Source of the DNA: Clostridia bacterium
Lineage (GTDB): Bacteria; Bacillota; Clostridia; UMGS1883; UMGS1540
DNA length: 64,000 nucleotides
Assembly: GCA_045533905.1 (NCBI GenBank)
Contig: JAZSIR010000013.1
Coordinates: 12,392 to 76,391 of the forward strand
Reading direction: 5' to 3'
Shown: positions 20,448 through 30,631 of the stretch, piece after piece
Layout: each line of letters begins with the position of its first letter
Position numbering within the stretch: the first letter of the stretch is position 1
Translations under genes and position numbers: made by a program
Notes under the pieces: model-generated
Database searches by the model: none
Told to the model about the DNA's origin: nothing
What the model saw: the letters and a program-made list of their open reading frames with translations, nothing else

Positions 20448-20464
20448 GTAAAGGAGGGTTTGCA

Positions 20465-20644
20465 TTGGCTAAACTCAAGGTTACCCTGAAAAAGAGCGTA
20501 ATCGGCTGCAAGAAGGATCAGATTGCAACAGTAGAAGCGCTCGGTTTGAAAAAAATTCGCGATGTGAAAGAACATGCGGATACGCCTCAGATTCGAGGAA
20601 TGATCAATAAAGTATCTCATTTATTGATGGTTGAAGAAGCATAA
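20465..20644 (+). CDS. rpmD: 50S ribosomal protein L30 (59 aa, absent from ORF track)
   Basis: TTG start after AGGAGG; [31 protein letters not shown]...[17 protein letters not shown]. Confidence 0.96.
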   Translation: MAKLKVTLKKSVIGCKKDQIATVEALGLKKIRDVKEHADTPQIRGMINKVSHLLMVEEA

Positions 20645-20663
20645 AGAAGGAGGTGTAGGTATT

Positions 20664-21104
20664 ATGAAGCTGTACGAACTTAGTCCCGCACCGGGCAGCA
20701 AGACAGAAGGCAAGCGCAAGGGCCGTGGTGCTGGTACAGGTAACGGCAAAACAGCAGGCAGAGGTCATAAGGGCCAGAACGCAAGAAGCGGTGGCGGTGT
20801 ACGTCCCGGTTTTGAAGGCGGCCAGATGCCTTTGTACAGACGTTTGCCGAAGAGAGGCTTTACAAACATATTTGCAAAGCAGTATGTTTCGATAAATGTT
20901 AGTGAGCTGAATAAATTCGAAGACGGCGCTGAGGTAACAGCCGCAGCACTGTGCGAGAAGAAAATCATCAGCAAAGCAAAGGATGGCGTTGTCATCTTAG
21001 GTCGTGGTGAACTCACCAAGAAGCTGACCGTAAAAGCAGCACGTTTCACAAAGACAGCTGCTGAAAAAATCGAAGCCGCAGGCGGAAAGGCCGAGGTGAT
21101 ATAA
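20664..21104 (+). CDS. rplO: 50S ribosomal protein L15
   Basis: [30 protein letters not shown]. Confidence 0.98.
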   Translation: MKLYELSPAPGSKTEGKRKGRGAGTGNGKTAGRGHKGQNARSGGGVRPGFEGGQMPLYRRLPKRGFTNIFAKQYVSINVSELNKFEDGAEVTAAALCEKKIISKAKDGVVILGRGELTKKLTVKAARFTKTAAEKIEAAGGKAEVI

Positions 21105-22391
21105 GTGTTTAAGATTCTGAAGAACGCTTGGGGGATTCCCGAGCTCCGCAAGAAAATGCTTTACACGTTATTGCTTCTCGTTGTTTTTCGTTTCGGTTCC
21201 GTAATTCCCGTGCCGTGGCTTGATAGCGCTGCACTCGCTTCCTGGGTGCAGGAAGGCGGAAACACTATCTTCAATATTATGGATATGTTCTCCGGTGGTG
21301 CTTTCAGCCAGGCAACCATTTTCGCAATGGGTATTTCTCCCTACATTAACTCTTCCATTATCATTCAGCTTTTGAGCGTTGCCATTCCGGCACTCGAACG
21401 TCTGAGCAAGGAAGGCGAAGAGGGCAGAAAGAAAATTAGCAAAATCACGAGATACCTCACAGTTGCACTTGCCTTTGTACAGGGCGCCGGTCTTTACATC
21501 GGTCTTAACAACGCTGGTGCAGTTTCGAACCCGGGCGTATTTACGTTCTTCGTAATCGTTCTGAGCTTTACCGCAGGCACGGCTTTCCTTATGTGGCTCG
21601 GTGAAGAAATCACAGAAAAGGGCATCGGCAACGGTATCTCCCTGATTATTTTTGCAGGTATCGTTTCCAGAATCCCGCATATGGCAATGGCTGTATGGCA
21701 GACCTTTGCGGGCGGCGAATCCAAGAACTACCTTGCAGTCCTGTTAATCCTCGTATTTGCAGTACTCATTATCGGTTTTGTTGTTCTCTTTAACAACGGC
21801 GAACGCAGAATTCCGGTACAGTACGCAAAGCGCGTTGTGGGCAGAAAGATGTACGGCGGTCAGAGCACCCATATTCCGATTAAGGTTACTATGGCCGGTG
21901 TTATTCCGATCATCTTCGCAATGAGCCTTCTGGCTTTCCCGAGCACCATTGTGTCGCTCGTAAGCCCCAATGCCACAGAGGGTTTTGCAGGCTGGGTGCT
22001 GCGCTTCTTTAACCAGAGCAACATCTGGTATGCGCTCATCTATTTTGTACTGATTGTTGCTTTCACTTACTTCTACACGGCGATTACTTTCAGCCCCATT
22101 GAAGTTGCGAACAACATGAAGAAAAACGGCGGCTTTATTCCCGGCATCCGCCCGGGCAAGCCGACCAGCGATTTCATTTCCAAGGTATTGTCCCGCATCA
22201 CACTCGTAGGTGCATTCTTCCTGGGCTTTATCGCAATTCTGCCCATCGTGCTTGCACTTATTGATTCCCGTCTTTCCACTATCAGCATCGGCGGTACGTC
22301 CCTCCTGATTTTGGTTGGTGTTGCACTGGAAACAGTAAAACAGATGGAATCTCAGATGCTTATGAGACATTACAAAGGCTTTTTAGAGTAA
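21105..22391 (+). CDS. secY: Preprotein translocase subunit SecY
   Basis: GISPYINSSII, GIGNGISL, FIPGIRPG, GGTSLLI. Confidence 0.98.
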   Translation: MFKILKNAWGIPELRKKMLYTLLLLVVFRFGSVIPVPWLDSAALASWVQEGGNTIFNIMDMFSGGAFSQATIFAMGISPYINSSIIIQLLSVAIPALERLSKEGEEGRKKISKITRYLTVALAFVQGAGLYIGLNNAGAVSNPGVFTFFVIVLSFTAGTAFLMWLGEEITEKGIGNGISLIIFAGIVSRIPHMAMAVWQTFAGGESKNYLAVLLILVFAVLIIGFVVLFNNGERRIPVQYAKRVVGRKMYGGQSTHIPIKVTMAGVIPIIFAMSLLAFPSTIVSLVSPNATEGFAGWVLRFFNQSNIWYALIYFVLIVAFTYFYTAITFSPIEVANNMKKNGGFIPGIRPGKPTSDFISKVLSRITLVGAFFLGFIAILPIVLALIDSRLSTISIGGTSLLILVGVALETVKQMESQMLMRHYKGFLE

Positions 22392-22409
22392 GTTTAGGAA
22401 GTGAAGACA

Positions 22410-23042
22410 ATGAAAATCATCTTATTAGGCCCGCCGGGAGCCGGTAAAGGCACACAGGCGGAGATATTGGCAGAAAAGTACGCCATCCCCACAATTTCCA
22501 CGGGCAACATGATTCGTGCAGAAGTTCGGGAAGGCACACCGCTCGGCCAGACTACAAAACAGTATATTGACGAAGGCAGACTCGTACCGGACGAAATCAT
22601 TATGGCCATCGTAGAAAGCAGACTGGCAAAGCCGGACTGCGAGAACGGGTTCATTTTAGACGGTATTCCGCGCACGATTCCGCAGGCCGAAGCTCTCGAC
22701 AAGATGGGCCTCGGGGAATATGTTGTTTTGAACATTTCGGTAGAGGACGAAGCGATTTTAAATCGTCTTGGCGGCAGAAGAGTTTGCGGAAAATGCGGTG
22801 CGACCTATCACATCACATTCAACCCGCCGAAGGAAGATGGCAAGTGCAACGCCTGCGGCGATGCGCTGATCATCCGCCCGGATGACGCCAGAGAAACGAT
22901 TGAGAAGCGCCTTGAAGTCTACCACGAACAGACAGAGCCGCTTATCGCTTACTACGAAAAGACCGGAAAGCTCATCACAGTTGAGAGCGTCGGCAGCGTA
23001 GAAGACACAACGAAAGCGATTCTCACAGCATTAGAGGTGTAA
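22410..23042 (+). CDS. adk: Adenylate kinase
   Basis: GPPGAGKGTQ P-loop, LDGIPR, zinc LID CxxC...CxxC. Confidence 0.97.
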   Translation: MKIILLGPPGAGKGTQAEILAEKYAIPTISTGNMIRAEVREGTPLGQTTKQYIDEGRLVPDEIIMAIVESRLAKPDCENGFILDGIPRTIPQAEALDKMGLGEYVVLNISVEDEAILNRLGGRRVCGKCGATYHITFNPPKEDGKCNACGDALIIRPDDARETIEKRLEVYHEQTEPLIAYYEKTGKLITVESVGSVEDTTKAILTALEV

Positions 23043-23045
23043 CAG

Positions 23046-23810
23046 ATGATTTGGGTGAAGGATAGCCACGAAATAGAAGCGATGCGCCAGAGCGGCCGCT
23101 TGACAGATGCGCTCCTTACGTATCTGGAAAAGCAGATCGAGCCGGGCATCACCACACTGGAACTGGATGAGATGGCATCGCTCTATATCCACAAAAACGG
23201 TGGAACGGCTGCCTTTAAGAATTACAGAGGATTTCCCAAATCTATTTGTACTTCTGTAAACTCTGTCGTTGTACATGGCATACCCGGGGAACGGGTGCTC
23301 TATGAAGGGGATATAATCAGTATCGATGTAGGCATTCGTCTTGACGGATACTACAGCGATGCTGCCCGTACCTTCCCGGTAGGGAAAATCAGTGCGGAAG
23401 CCCAAAAACTGATTGATACCGCAAAAGATTGTTTTTATGCAGGTCTTGCCGCAGCCTTAGACGGAAATCGCGTTGGCGACATTTCCGCCGCCGTTCAGAG
23501 CGTGGCAGAAGCAGAAAACTACGGTATAGTACGGGAGCTTGTCGGTCACGGTGTCGGCCGCGCGTTGCATGAGGATCCGGACGTTCCGAATTTTGGTCCG
23601 GCCGGTCGCGGCGTCCGATTGCGGAAAGGTATGACACTGGCGATTGAACCTATGATATGTGCAGGTTCCCACAGGGTAGAGGTCATGGATGACGGATGGA
23701 CAATCAAAACGTGTGACGGCAGTCTTGCCGCACATTATGAAAACACTGTGGCCATAACCGATAACGAGGCTGAGATTCTTACGGTCAGCCCGAGAAAATT
23801 GCAGAGGTGA
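23046..23810 (+). CDS. map: Methionine aminopeptidase type I
   Basis: CTSVN..VVHGIP, GHGVG..HEDP, IEPM, HYENT. Confidence 0.97.
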   Translation: MIWVKDSHEIEAMRQSGRLTDALLTYLEKQIEPGITTLELDEMASLYIHKNGGTAAFKNYRGFPKSICTSVNSVVVHGIPGERVLYEGDIISIDVGIRLDGYYSDAARTFPVGKISAEAQKLIDTAKDCFYAGLAAALDGNRVGDISAAVQSVAEAENYGIVRELVGHGVGRALHEDPDVPNFGPAGRGVRLRKGMTLAIEPMICAGSHRVEVMDDGWTIKTCDGSLAAHYENTVAITDNEAEILTVSPRKLQR

Positions 23811-23816
23811 TTTATT

Positions 23817-24098
23817 TTGGATATTGACGCGGGCAGTTTAGTCTATTCAATTGCCGGCCGAGATAAAGGCGGAGTGTTTGTGGTTTTAAGTCTTTCGGAC
23901 ATGTACTGCTATCTTGCAGACGGAAAGATCCGAAAAACGGACAATCCGAAGAAAAAGAAGCAGAAACATCTCAAAGCGACAGGCCACACGGCGGACGCTT
24001 TGAAGGAAAAGATTACTTCGGGCGAGCGCCCTACGAATTCCGAAGTTCGGAGAGCGATAGCGGCGTATCTGGACGAAGCAGATCAAAAGGAGGCATAA
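23817..24098 (+). CDS. KOW-domain RNA-binding protein (L14e-like)
   Basis: S.AGRDKG..ADG..R....PKKK..KHL; conserved map-infA position. Confidence 0.85.
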   Translation: MDIDAGSLVYSIAGRDKGGVFVVLSLSDMYCYLADGKIRKTDNPKKKKQKHLKATGHTADALKEKITSGERPTNSEVRRAIAAYLDEADQKEA

Positions 24099-24101
24099 AA
24101 C

Positions 24102-24450
<349 letters not shown>

Positions 24451-24468
24451 GAAATAGGAGGTGTAAGT

Positions 24469-24837
24469 ATGGCCAGAATTGCCGGCGTTGACTTGCCGAG
24501 AGAAAAGAGAGTCGAAGTTGGACTCACCTACATTTTCGGCATTGGCAAAACAAGTGCAGCAAAAATCCTGGAGGAAACAGGCATCAATCCTGATACACGT
24601 GTCAAAGACCTGACCGAAGATGAGGTAAGTAAGCTCAGAGACATTATAGACAAAGACTATAAGGTTGAGGGTGACCTCCGTCGTAGCGTGGCGCTTGACA
24701 TTAAGCGTTTGGTAGAAATCGGATGCTATCGGGGAACAAGACATAGAAAAGGTCTGCCCGTTCGCGGACAGAGAACAAAGACAAACGCGCGCACACGCAA
24801 AGGACCGAAGCGCACAATCGCAAATAAGAAGAAGTAG
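24469..24837 (+). CDS. rpsM: 30S ribosomal protein S13
   Basis: [25 protein letters not shown]. Confidence 0.98.
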   Translation: MARIAGVDLPREKRVEVGLTYIFGIGKTSAAKILEETGINPDTRVKDLTEDEVSKLRDIIDKDYKVEGDLRRSVALDIKRLVEIGCYRGTRHRKGLPVRGQRTKTNARTRKGPKRTIANKKK

Positions 24838-24850
24838 GAGGTAAGGTCAA

Positions 24851-25249
24851 ATGGCGAAAACAGCTGTAAAGAGAACGACCAGAAAAAAGCGTGAACGCAA
24901 AAATATTGAACGCGGCGCTGCACATATTCGTTCCACTTTTAACAATACGATTGTAACCATTACGGATACTGCTGGTAATGCATTATCCTGGGCAAGCGCC
25001 GGCGGTCTTGGTTTCCGCGGCTCGAGAAAGAGCACTCCGTTTGCTGCACAGACAGCAGCAGAAACAGCAGCAAAGGCTGCTATGGAGCACGGACTTAAGA
25101 CCGTTGAAGTCTACGTAAAGGGCCCCGGTGCGGGCCGCGAAGCTGCCATTCGTGCACTGCAGGCTGCAGGTCTCGAAGTCAGCATGATTAAGGACGTAAC
25201 ACCGATTCCGCATAACGGTTGCCGTCCGCCGAAGCGTAGAAGAGTTTGA
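24851..25249 (+). CDS. rpsK: 30S ribosomal protein S11
   Basis: [20 protein letters not shown]. Confidence 0.98.
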   Translation: MAKTAVKRTTRKKRERKNIERGAAHIRSTFNNTIVTITDTAGNALSWASAGGLGFRGSRKSTPFAAQTAAETAAKAAMEHGLKTVEVYVKGPGAGREAAIRALQAAGLEVSMIKDVTPIPHNGCRPPKRRRV

Positions 25250-25267
25250 TTTGGAGGTGAACTAATT

Positions 25268-25894
25268 ATGGCCAGATATACAGGTTCTGTTTGCAGAATG
25301 TGCCGCAGAGAAGGCGTAAAGCTTTTTTTGAAGGGCGATCGCTGCTACACAGATAAGTGTGCAGTTGGAAGAAGAAGCTATGCACCGGGCCAGCACGGTC
25401 AGGGTCGCAAGAAGCAGTCTGAATACGGCTTGCAGCTTCGTGAAAAACAGAAAGCAAAGAGATACTACGGCGTTTTGGAAAGCCAGTTCGCAAAGTACTA
25501 CGAAATGGCTAGCAAAAAGCGCGGCGTAACAGGCGAAAACCTGTTGCAGATTTTGGAAAGCCGTCTGGACAATGTTGCATACCGTCTCGGTTTTGCACTT
25601 TCCCGTCCGGAAGCGCGTCAGCTCGTAACACATGGTCATTTTACCGTAAACGGCCGCCGTGTGAACATTCCTTCTTTCCTTGTTAAGGAAGGTGATGTGA
25701 TCGCAGTTTGCGACAAGAGCAAGAGCTCGGCAAAAATGAAGGCAGTTTTGGAAAACACCGCAACGAAGGTTGTACCGAAGTGGCTGGAACTCGACCGCGA
25801 GAACCACGTTGCTAAGGTTGTGTCGCTCGCTGCCCGTGAAGATATTGATCTTCCGATTCAGGAAACGCTTATCGTCGAGTTGTACTCGAAATAA
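25268..25894 (+). CDS. rpsD: 30S ribosomal protein S4
   Basis: MARYTG, QLREKQK, LESRLDN, IVELYSK. Confidence 0.98.
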   Translation: MARYTGSVCRMCRREGVKLFLKGDRCYTDKCAVGRRSYAPGQHGQGRKKQSEYGLQLREKQKAKRYYGVLESQFAKYYEMASKKRGVTGENLLQILESRLDNVAYRLGFALSRPEARQLVTHGHFTVNGRRVNIPSFLVKEGDVIAVCDKSKSSAKMKAVLENTATKVVPKWLELDRENHVAKVVSLAAREDIDLPIQETLIVELYSK

Positions 25895-25941
25895 GCCTGA
25901 CCCTCGCAGTTTACAACAAATTCAAAAGGGGGTAATTTATC

Positions 25942-26892
25942 ATGATAGAAATCGAAAAGCCGAGAGTGGAATGTATCGGATCTGCGGAAGACAAGTGCTA
26001 CGGCAAGTTTGTCCTCGAGCCGCTTGAAAGAGGTTACGGCATGACCCTCGGAAACTCTCTGCGCAGAATTATGTTGTCCTCTCTGCCCGGTGCTGCTGTT
26101 ACTTCTATTAAAATCGACGGCGTGCTGCACGAATTTTCCAGCATCCCCGGCGTTACAGAAGATGTAACAGAGATTGTGCTGAACATCAAGCAGATGATTG
26201 TAAAGCTTCATTCTGACGGTCCTGCAACAGTATACATTGATGCAAAGGGCCCCTGCGAAATCACCGCAGGCGATATCAAGGCGGATGCAAATGTAGAAAT
26301 TTTCAATCCCGACCTTCATATTGCAACGCTGAATGAAGATGCAAAGCTGTACATGGAAATCACAATCAACAAGGGAAGAGGCTATGTATCCGCAGAGCGC
26401 AATAAGCAAATCAGCCAGCCGGTGATCGGACTCATCCCGGTAGACTCGATTTACACACCTGTACCGAAGGTGAACTTTACTGTAGAGAACACCCGTGTAG
26501 GACAGGTAACAGACTATGATAAGCTTACACTGGAAATTTGGACAAACGGAACGCTGACACCGAACGAAGCCGTAAGCCTTGGCGCAAAGATTTTCAATGA
26601 GCACTTAAATCTCTTCATCGACCTTGCAGAAGGCACGAAGGATGTTTCTATTATGGTGGAAAAAGAAGAAACCAAGAAGGAAAAGGTGCTTGAAATGACA
26701 ATTGAAGAACTGGATTTATCCGTTCGTTCTTACAATTGCTTAAAGCGCGCAGGTATCAATACGGTAGAAGACCTTATCCAGAAGACAGAAGAGGATATGA
26801 TGAACGTCAGAAACCTCGGCAGAAAGTCTTTGGAAGAGGTTATCAACAAGCTTTTGAGCCTTGGTCTTTCCATGGCTCCGGCAGAGGACTAA
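25942..26892 (+). CDS. rpoA: RNA polymerase subunit alpha
   Basis: [37 protein letters not shown]. Confidence 0.98.
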   Translation: MIEIEKPRVECIGSAEDKCYGKFVLEPLERGYGMTLGNSLRRIMLSSLPGAAVTSIKIDGVLHEFSSIPGVTEDVTEIVLNIKQMIVKLHSDGPATVYIDAKGPCEITAGDIKADANVEIFNPDLHIATLNEDAKLYMEITINKGRGYVSAERNKQISQPVIGLIPVDSIYTPVPKVNFTVENTRVGQVTDYDKLTLEIWTNGTLTPNEAVSLGAKIFNEHLNLFIDLAEGTKDVSIMVEKEETKKEKVLEMTIEELDLSVRSYNCLKRAGINTVEDLIQKTEEDMMNVRNLGRKSLEEVINKLLSLGLSMAPAED

Positions 26893-26939
26893 TCTGCCGC
26901 GGAAGCAGCGTATAAGTTTTGCGAAAGGAGAGTTTCAGT

Positions 26940-27272
26940 ATGAGAAAGTTAGGAAGACCGACCGATCAGCGTAGAGCTATGCTGAGAGGCATGGTTACAT
27001 CTTTCCTCGAAAACGGCAAGATGATGACCACGGAAACCCGTGCTAAGGAAATCCGTCCCATCGTAGAAAAAATGATCACGCTTGGCAAGCAGGACACTCT
27101 GCATGCAAGACGTCAGGTTATGAGCTACGTTACAAAGAAGGACGTATCTTATAAAGTGTTTGCGGAAATCGCACCGAAATATGCAGAAAGAAACGGCGGC
27201 TACACCAGAATTATTAAGGCTGGTGTCAGACGCGGCGATGCTGCACCGATGGCGATTATCGAACTCGTATAA
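26940..27272 (+). CDS. rplQ: 50S ribosomal protein L17
   Basis: [28 protein letters not shown]. Confidence 0.98.
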   Translation: MRKLGRPTDQRRAMLRGMVTSFLENGKMMTTETRAKEIRPIVEKMITLGKQDTLHARRQVMSYVTKKDVSYKVFAEIAPKYAERNGGYTRIIKAGVRRGDAAPMAIIELV

Positions 27273-27284
27273 GAAAAGCACAAT

Positions 27285-27325
27285 AAAAAGAGCTGTCATA
27301 AGAGATGTACTCTTAAGGATAGTAA
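27285..27325 (+). repeat. Left terminal inverted repeat
   Basis: AAAAAGAGCTGTCATAAGAGATGTACTCTTAAGGATAGTAA matches the reverse complement of 30630-30670 at 35/41 positions (outer 16 perfect). Confidence 0.88.
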
Positions 27326-27328
27326 TTT

Positions 27329-27362
27329 AAAAGGCTGAACGATCGATTTCGTTCAGCCTTTT
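27329..27362. terminator. Intrinsic terminator just inside the left end; would terminate the alpha operon
   Basis: AAAAGGCTGAACGA...TCGTTCAGCCTTTT. Confidence 0.85.
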
Positions 27363-27365
27363 ATC

Positions 27366-27450
27366 GTAGGTGGGCGATGCTTACATCGTCCCGTTTATAA
27401 GGTTTTAGGATTATCCTAAATTATCGGAAGATGCGATACATCTTCCCTGC
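27366..27450. repeat. Pair of oppositely oriented GTAG-type REP-like palindromes
   Basis: GTAGGTGGGCGATGCTTACATCGTCCCG (27366-27393) and, on the minus strand, GCAGGGAAGATGTATCGCATCTTCCG (27425-27450), with a TTTAGGAT/ATCCTAAA palindrome between. Confidence 0.5.
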
Positions 27451-27477
27451 TCGTTAAAGTAGCGGACAAGAATTTTA

Positions 27478-27532
27478 TTGACAATTTCATACATTTATGA
27501 TATCATAATACTATAATATTATGATATCATTA
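27478..27532 (+). promoter_or_regulatory. sigma-A promoter overlapped by two palindromic operators
   Basis: TTGACA-N17-TATCAT (TG extension); TTATGATATCATAA at 27495-27508 and TTATGATATCATTA at 27519-27532. Confidence 0.75.
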
Positions 27533-27545
27533 TGGAGGCGAAAAA

Positions 27546-27725
27546 ATGAATAATTCAAAAACTCCAACATCAGAAAAAATAGGTATTCCTTTACGATTAG
27601 AACTGAAATTGTATGAAAAAATGATAAATAGAGTTCAAAAAGAAAAAAAGAAACAACGGGGATACAGCATAAATCAACTTTTGACAGAACTTCTTGAAAA
27701 GGAACTAAAGGAGAATGAACTATGA
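27546..27725 (+). CDS. Arc-like ribbon-helix-helix DNA-binding protein (59 aa; putative R-M controller; absent from ORF track)
   Basis: GGAGG SD at 27534-27538; MNNSKTPTSEKIGIPLRLELKLYEKMINRVQKEKKKQRGYSINQLLTELLEKELKENEL (beta-strand xLRL, helix, G-x-S-I-N helix); ATGA overlap with the next gene. Confidence 0.78.
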   Translation: MNNSKTPTSEKIGIPLRLELKLYEKMINRVQKEKKKQRGYSINQLLTELLEKELKENEL

Positions 27726-29539
27726 TAAGAGCAGATATAATTTCTACAATAGGAAGACAGTATTTAACAAGTAATATTGAAAATGATGAATATAGTTATC
27801 CTAAAGCTTTTTCAGCGGCAGCGTTGACATTTGTACCTATTACAAATGCAAATGGAAGAAAATTTGAAAAACTTGATATTCGTTTTGTGAAGGATGGAGT
27901 TACTGTTCTTGTGGAGACTAAACAGAATTTTGTAAAAACAGATGAAGAACAATTATCAGCCTATGTTGAGTATGAAAAAGCTCTCACTGGAAATAAAACC
28001 ATTGCTATTTTAGCAAATACCACAAATGATAAAGTAAAGGTTTGGCGTGGAGTTGTTTCTGACGGCGATTTTATGTCAACGGAAACAGCATTTCGTACTA
28101 TGGATGAATATGTTGATTTCTATACGTCAAAAATTAACGACAAAGAAAAGGTGATGCAGAATACATACAAGCTTAATGAAATGTTACATCGTCACAGCAT
28201 CCCCGAAAAACTTCGTAGTCAGTTTGTAGGCACGTGCTTATTAGCCTTGAAAAACGGTCTTGATTATTCCACTTCTTCGTTGTCTGCAGCACAAATTCGT
28301 ACAAGAATAAAAGAGGTTTTGGAAGAACTGTTGAATTCTGATATTAATAAAGCCGAGAAACTCGCGCTGCTCAATCGTAATGTTTTGGGTGATCAGTATG
28401 TTCGTCAACTTGGTATTGTAGCATTTAGAGAAATTTTAAAATTCATTGAAGAAAACATTCTTCCATTTATCAACGACAAAAGTACTTCCGGTCAGGATCT
28501 ATTGAATTTATTCTTCGTTACATTTAATAAGTATGTAGGTAAATCTGACAAAAATCAAGCATTTACACCAGATCACATTACTGATTTCATGTCGAAAATT
28601 ACAGGAATTAACAAGCACTCCGTTGTTCTTGACCCCTGCTGTGGTAGTGGTTCGTTCCTTGTTCGTGCAATGAACCAAGCGCTTGATGACTGTGCTACCG
28701 CTTCTGAACAGGAAAACATTAAAAAACATCAAATCTTCGGTATAGAATTTGACGAAAATGTGTATGGTTTAGCTACAACCAATATGCTTATTCACTCGGA
28801 TGGGAACTCTAATATTCGTCAGGGAAGTTGTTTTACATTAGCAGATTGGATTAAAGATGCAAAACCAAATGTGATTTTGATGAATCCTCCATACAACGGT
28901 CAGCGTATTCATTTACCGCAATCTTATGTTTCAACTTGGCCTAAAGACAAGAAAGAAGATCCTTCAAAAGGAATGTATTTTGTTAAATTCATCGCTGATA
29001 CATTAAACTCAATCAACCATCAAGCAAAATTAGCTGTCTTATTACCTGTTGCATGTGCAATTGGAACAAGTGGTGAAATTTCGAAAATAAAGAAGGAAAT
29101 TCTTGAAGAAAACACCCTTGATGCTGTATTTACGCTTCCCAACGAAATTTTTTATCCTGGTGCAAGTGCTTCCGCTTGCTGTATGGTATTTAAGATTGGC
29201 ACAAAGCATAACGATGTTTCAAACCCCGACACTTTCTTTGGATATTACAAAGATGATGGATTCAAGAAAAAGAAAAACCTCGGTCGTGTTGAACAGATTG
29301 ATATTACTACCGGAAAGAGTAAGTGGGTTGAAATTGAGCATGAATGGATAGAATTATATCGCAACAGACGTGCTATTGATGGTTTATCTGCTACTTATAA
29401 AGTTACAGGAGAAAACGAATGGCTTTGCGAAGCATATATGAAAACCGACTATTCAAAATTAACAGAACAAGATTTTCAACAAACGATAAATGATTATCTT
29501 GCTTACCTCGTAAAGGAGGGACATATTTATGAACCTTAA
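27722..29539 (+). CDS. Fused restriction endonuclease/N6-adenine methyltransferase (BcgI A-like, Type IIB/IIG)
   Basis: N-terminal D...VLVETK (PD-(D/E)xK-like), FTPDHI, DPCCGSGSFL (motif I), NPPY (motif IV), gamma-class order; 605 aa. Confidence 0.88.
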   Translation: MIRADIISTIGRQYLTSNIENDEYSYPKAFSAAALTFVPITNANGRKFEKLDIRFVKDGVTVLVETKQNFVKTDEEQLSAYVEYEKALTGNKTIAILANTTNDKVKVWRGVVSDGDFMSTETAFRTMDEYVDFYTSKINDKEKVMQNTYKLNEMLHRHSIPEKLRSQFVGTCLLALKNGLDYSTSSLSAAQIRTRIKEVLEELLNSDINKAEKLALLNRNVLGDQYVRQLGIVAFREILKFIEENILPFINDKSTSGQDLLNLFFVTFNKYVGKSDKNQAFTPDHITDFMSKITGINKHSVVLDPCCGSGSFLVRAMNQALDDCATASEQENIKKHQIFGIEFDENVYGLATTNMLIHSDGNSNIRQGSCFTLADWIKDAKPNVILMNPPYNGQRIHLPQSYVSTWPKDKKEDPSKGMYFVKFIADTLNSINHQAKLAVLLPVACAIGTSGEISKIKKEILEENTLDAVFTLPNEIFYPGASASACCMVFKIGTKHNDVSNPDTFFGYYKDDGFKKKKNLGRVEQIDITTGKSKWVEIEHEWIELYRNRRAIDGLSATYKVTGENEWLCEAYMKTDYSKLTEQDFQQTINDYLAYLVKEGHIYEP

Positions 29540-30596
29540 TGTTGATTCTTGGAAAGAATTTCAACTAACAGATGTTTTTATTGTAAAAGGTGGATTCTAT
29601 AATAAAAAGCCCGAACATTCAATTGATGGTCGTGTTCCTTTTCTTGCTTCAACTGAATCAAATAATGGTGTTACGGAATACTACTCTTTAGATGATATTA
29701 AATCTTGGAATAAAGTAGGAAATGCAGACAACACGCTTGACAAAAAAATATACAAAGGTAATTGTATTGTTGTTACAGTTGACGGATCTGTTTGTAATGC
29801 TTTTTATCAAAAAGATGATTTTACTTGTAGTCATAGTGTTACTGCATTATATCCTATAGGTCACGAACTAACACCAACTCAAGCATTATTTGTTTGCACT
29901 GTAATTATGAAAGAAAAGTATCGTTGGAGTTATGGTCGAAAGCCACATGATGTTAAGAAATTTGGTAAATCCATTATAAAACTACCAATCACTAAAGATA
30001 GAAATGTTGATTGGGATTTTATGGACAAATACATAAAATCGTTAAATCACAAACCATTGACAACGACTAATCAAGGCAACACAACCTCTACACTTGATGT
30101 TGATTTGTGGAAACCTTTTAAAGTGAAAGATATCTTTAATTTGTACAACGGAATAGGAATTACAAAAGAAGAAATTGAATGCAATCAAGGCGATTTTCCT
30201 GCTGTTCAAAGCGGCGAAGAAAATAATGGTTGCATAGGTAAAATCGATAAAGAATATTGCAAAAAAATGAGATATACATACACAGATGATCCATGTTTAA
30301 CTGTAGCAAGGACGGGATCTGCAGGTTATGTTTCATACCAACCCACAGGCTGTGTTGTTGGTGATTCTGCAAAAATACTCACATTAAAAGACGCTCAACA
30401 TAACAACCCTCATATCTTTCTTTTTCTTAGAACCATACTTATGGCTAACCAATATAAATATACATATGGTCGCAAAGTTACAGAAGATAAATATTTATCT
30501 GAAATAGTTATGCTACCTGCAACAGAAGATAACAAACCTGATTTTAATTTTATGAAAAATTATATTAAATCTTTGCCATACGGAGATAAGATTTAA
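29529..30596 (+). CDS. Specificity subunit (HsdS/BcgI B-like) with two TRD repeats
   Basis: Internal duplication: LNVDSWKEFQLTDVF...YSYGRK-like...LPITKDRNVDWDFMDKYIKSL versus LDVDLWKPFKVKDIF...YTYGRK...LPATEDNKPDFNFMKNYIKSL; overlaps the MTase gene. Confidence 0.88.
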   Translation: MNLNVDSWKEFQLTDVFIVKGGFYNKKPEHSIDGRVPFLASTESNNGVTEYYSLDDIKSWNKVGNADNTLDKKIYKGNCIVVTVDGSVCNAFYQKDDFTCSHSVTALYPIGHELTPTQALFVCTVIMKEKYRWSYGRKPHDVKKFGKSIIKLPITKDRNVDWDFMDKYIKSLNHKPLTTTNQGNTTSTLDVDLWKPFKVKDIFNLYNGIGITKEEIECNQGDFPAVQSGEENNGCIGKIDKEYCKKMRYTYTDDPCLTVARTGSAGYVSYQPTGCVVGDSAKILTLKDAQHNNPHIFLFLRTILMANQYKYTYGRKVTEDKYLSEIVMLPATEDNKPDFNFMKNYIKSLPYGDKI

Positions 30597-30597
30597 A

Positions 30598-30631
30598 AAA
30601 GCAACCTCTCGATTTTTCGAGAGGTTGCTTT
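30598..30631 (+). terminator. Intrinsic terminator of R-M operon
   Basis: AAAGCAACCTCTCGA-TTTT-TCGAGAGGTTGCTTT. Confidence 0.88.

Noticed and set aside
27722-30596. Classical Type I R-M system
   Set aside because: No hsdR in the cassette, and the M gene carries its own N-terminal nuclease-like motif.
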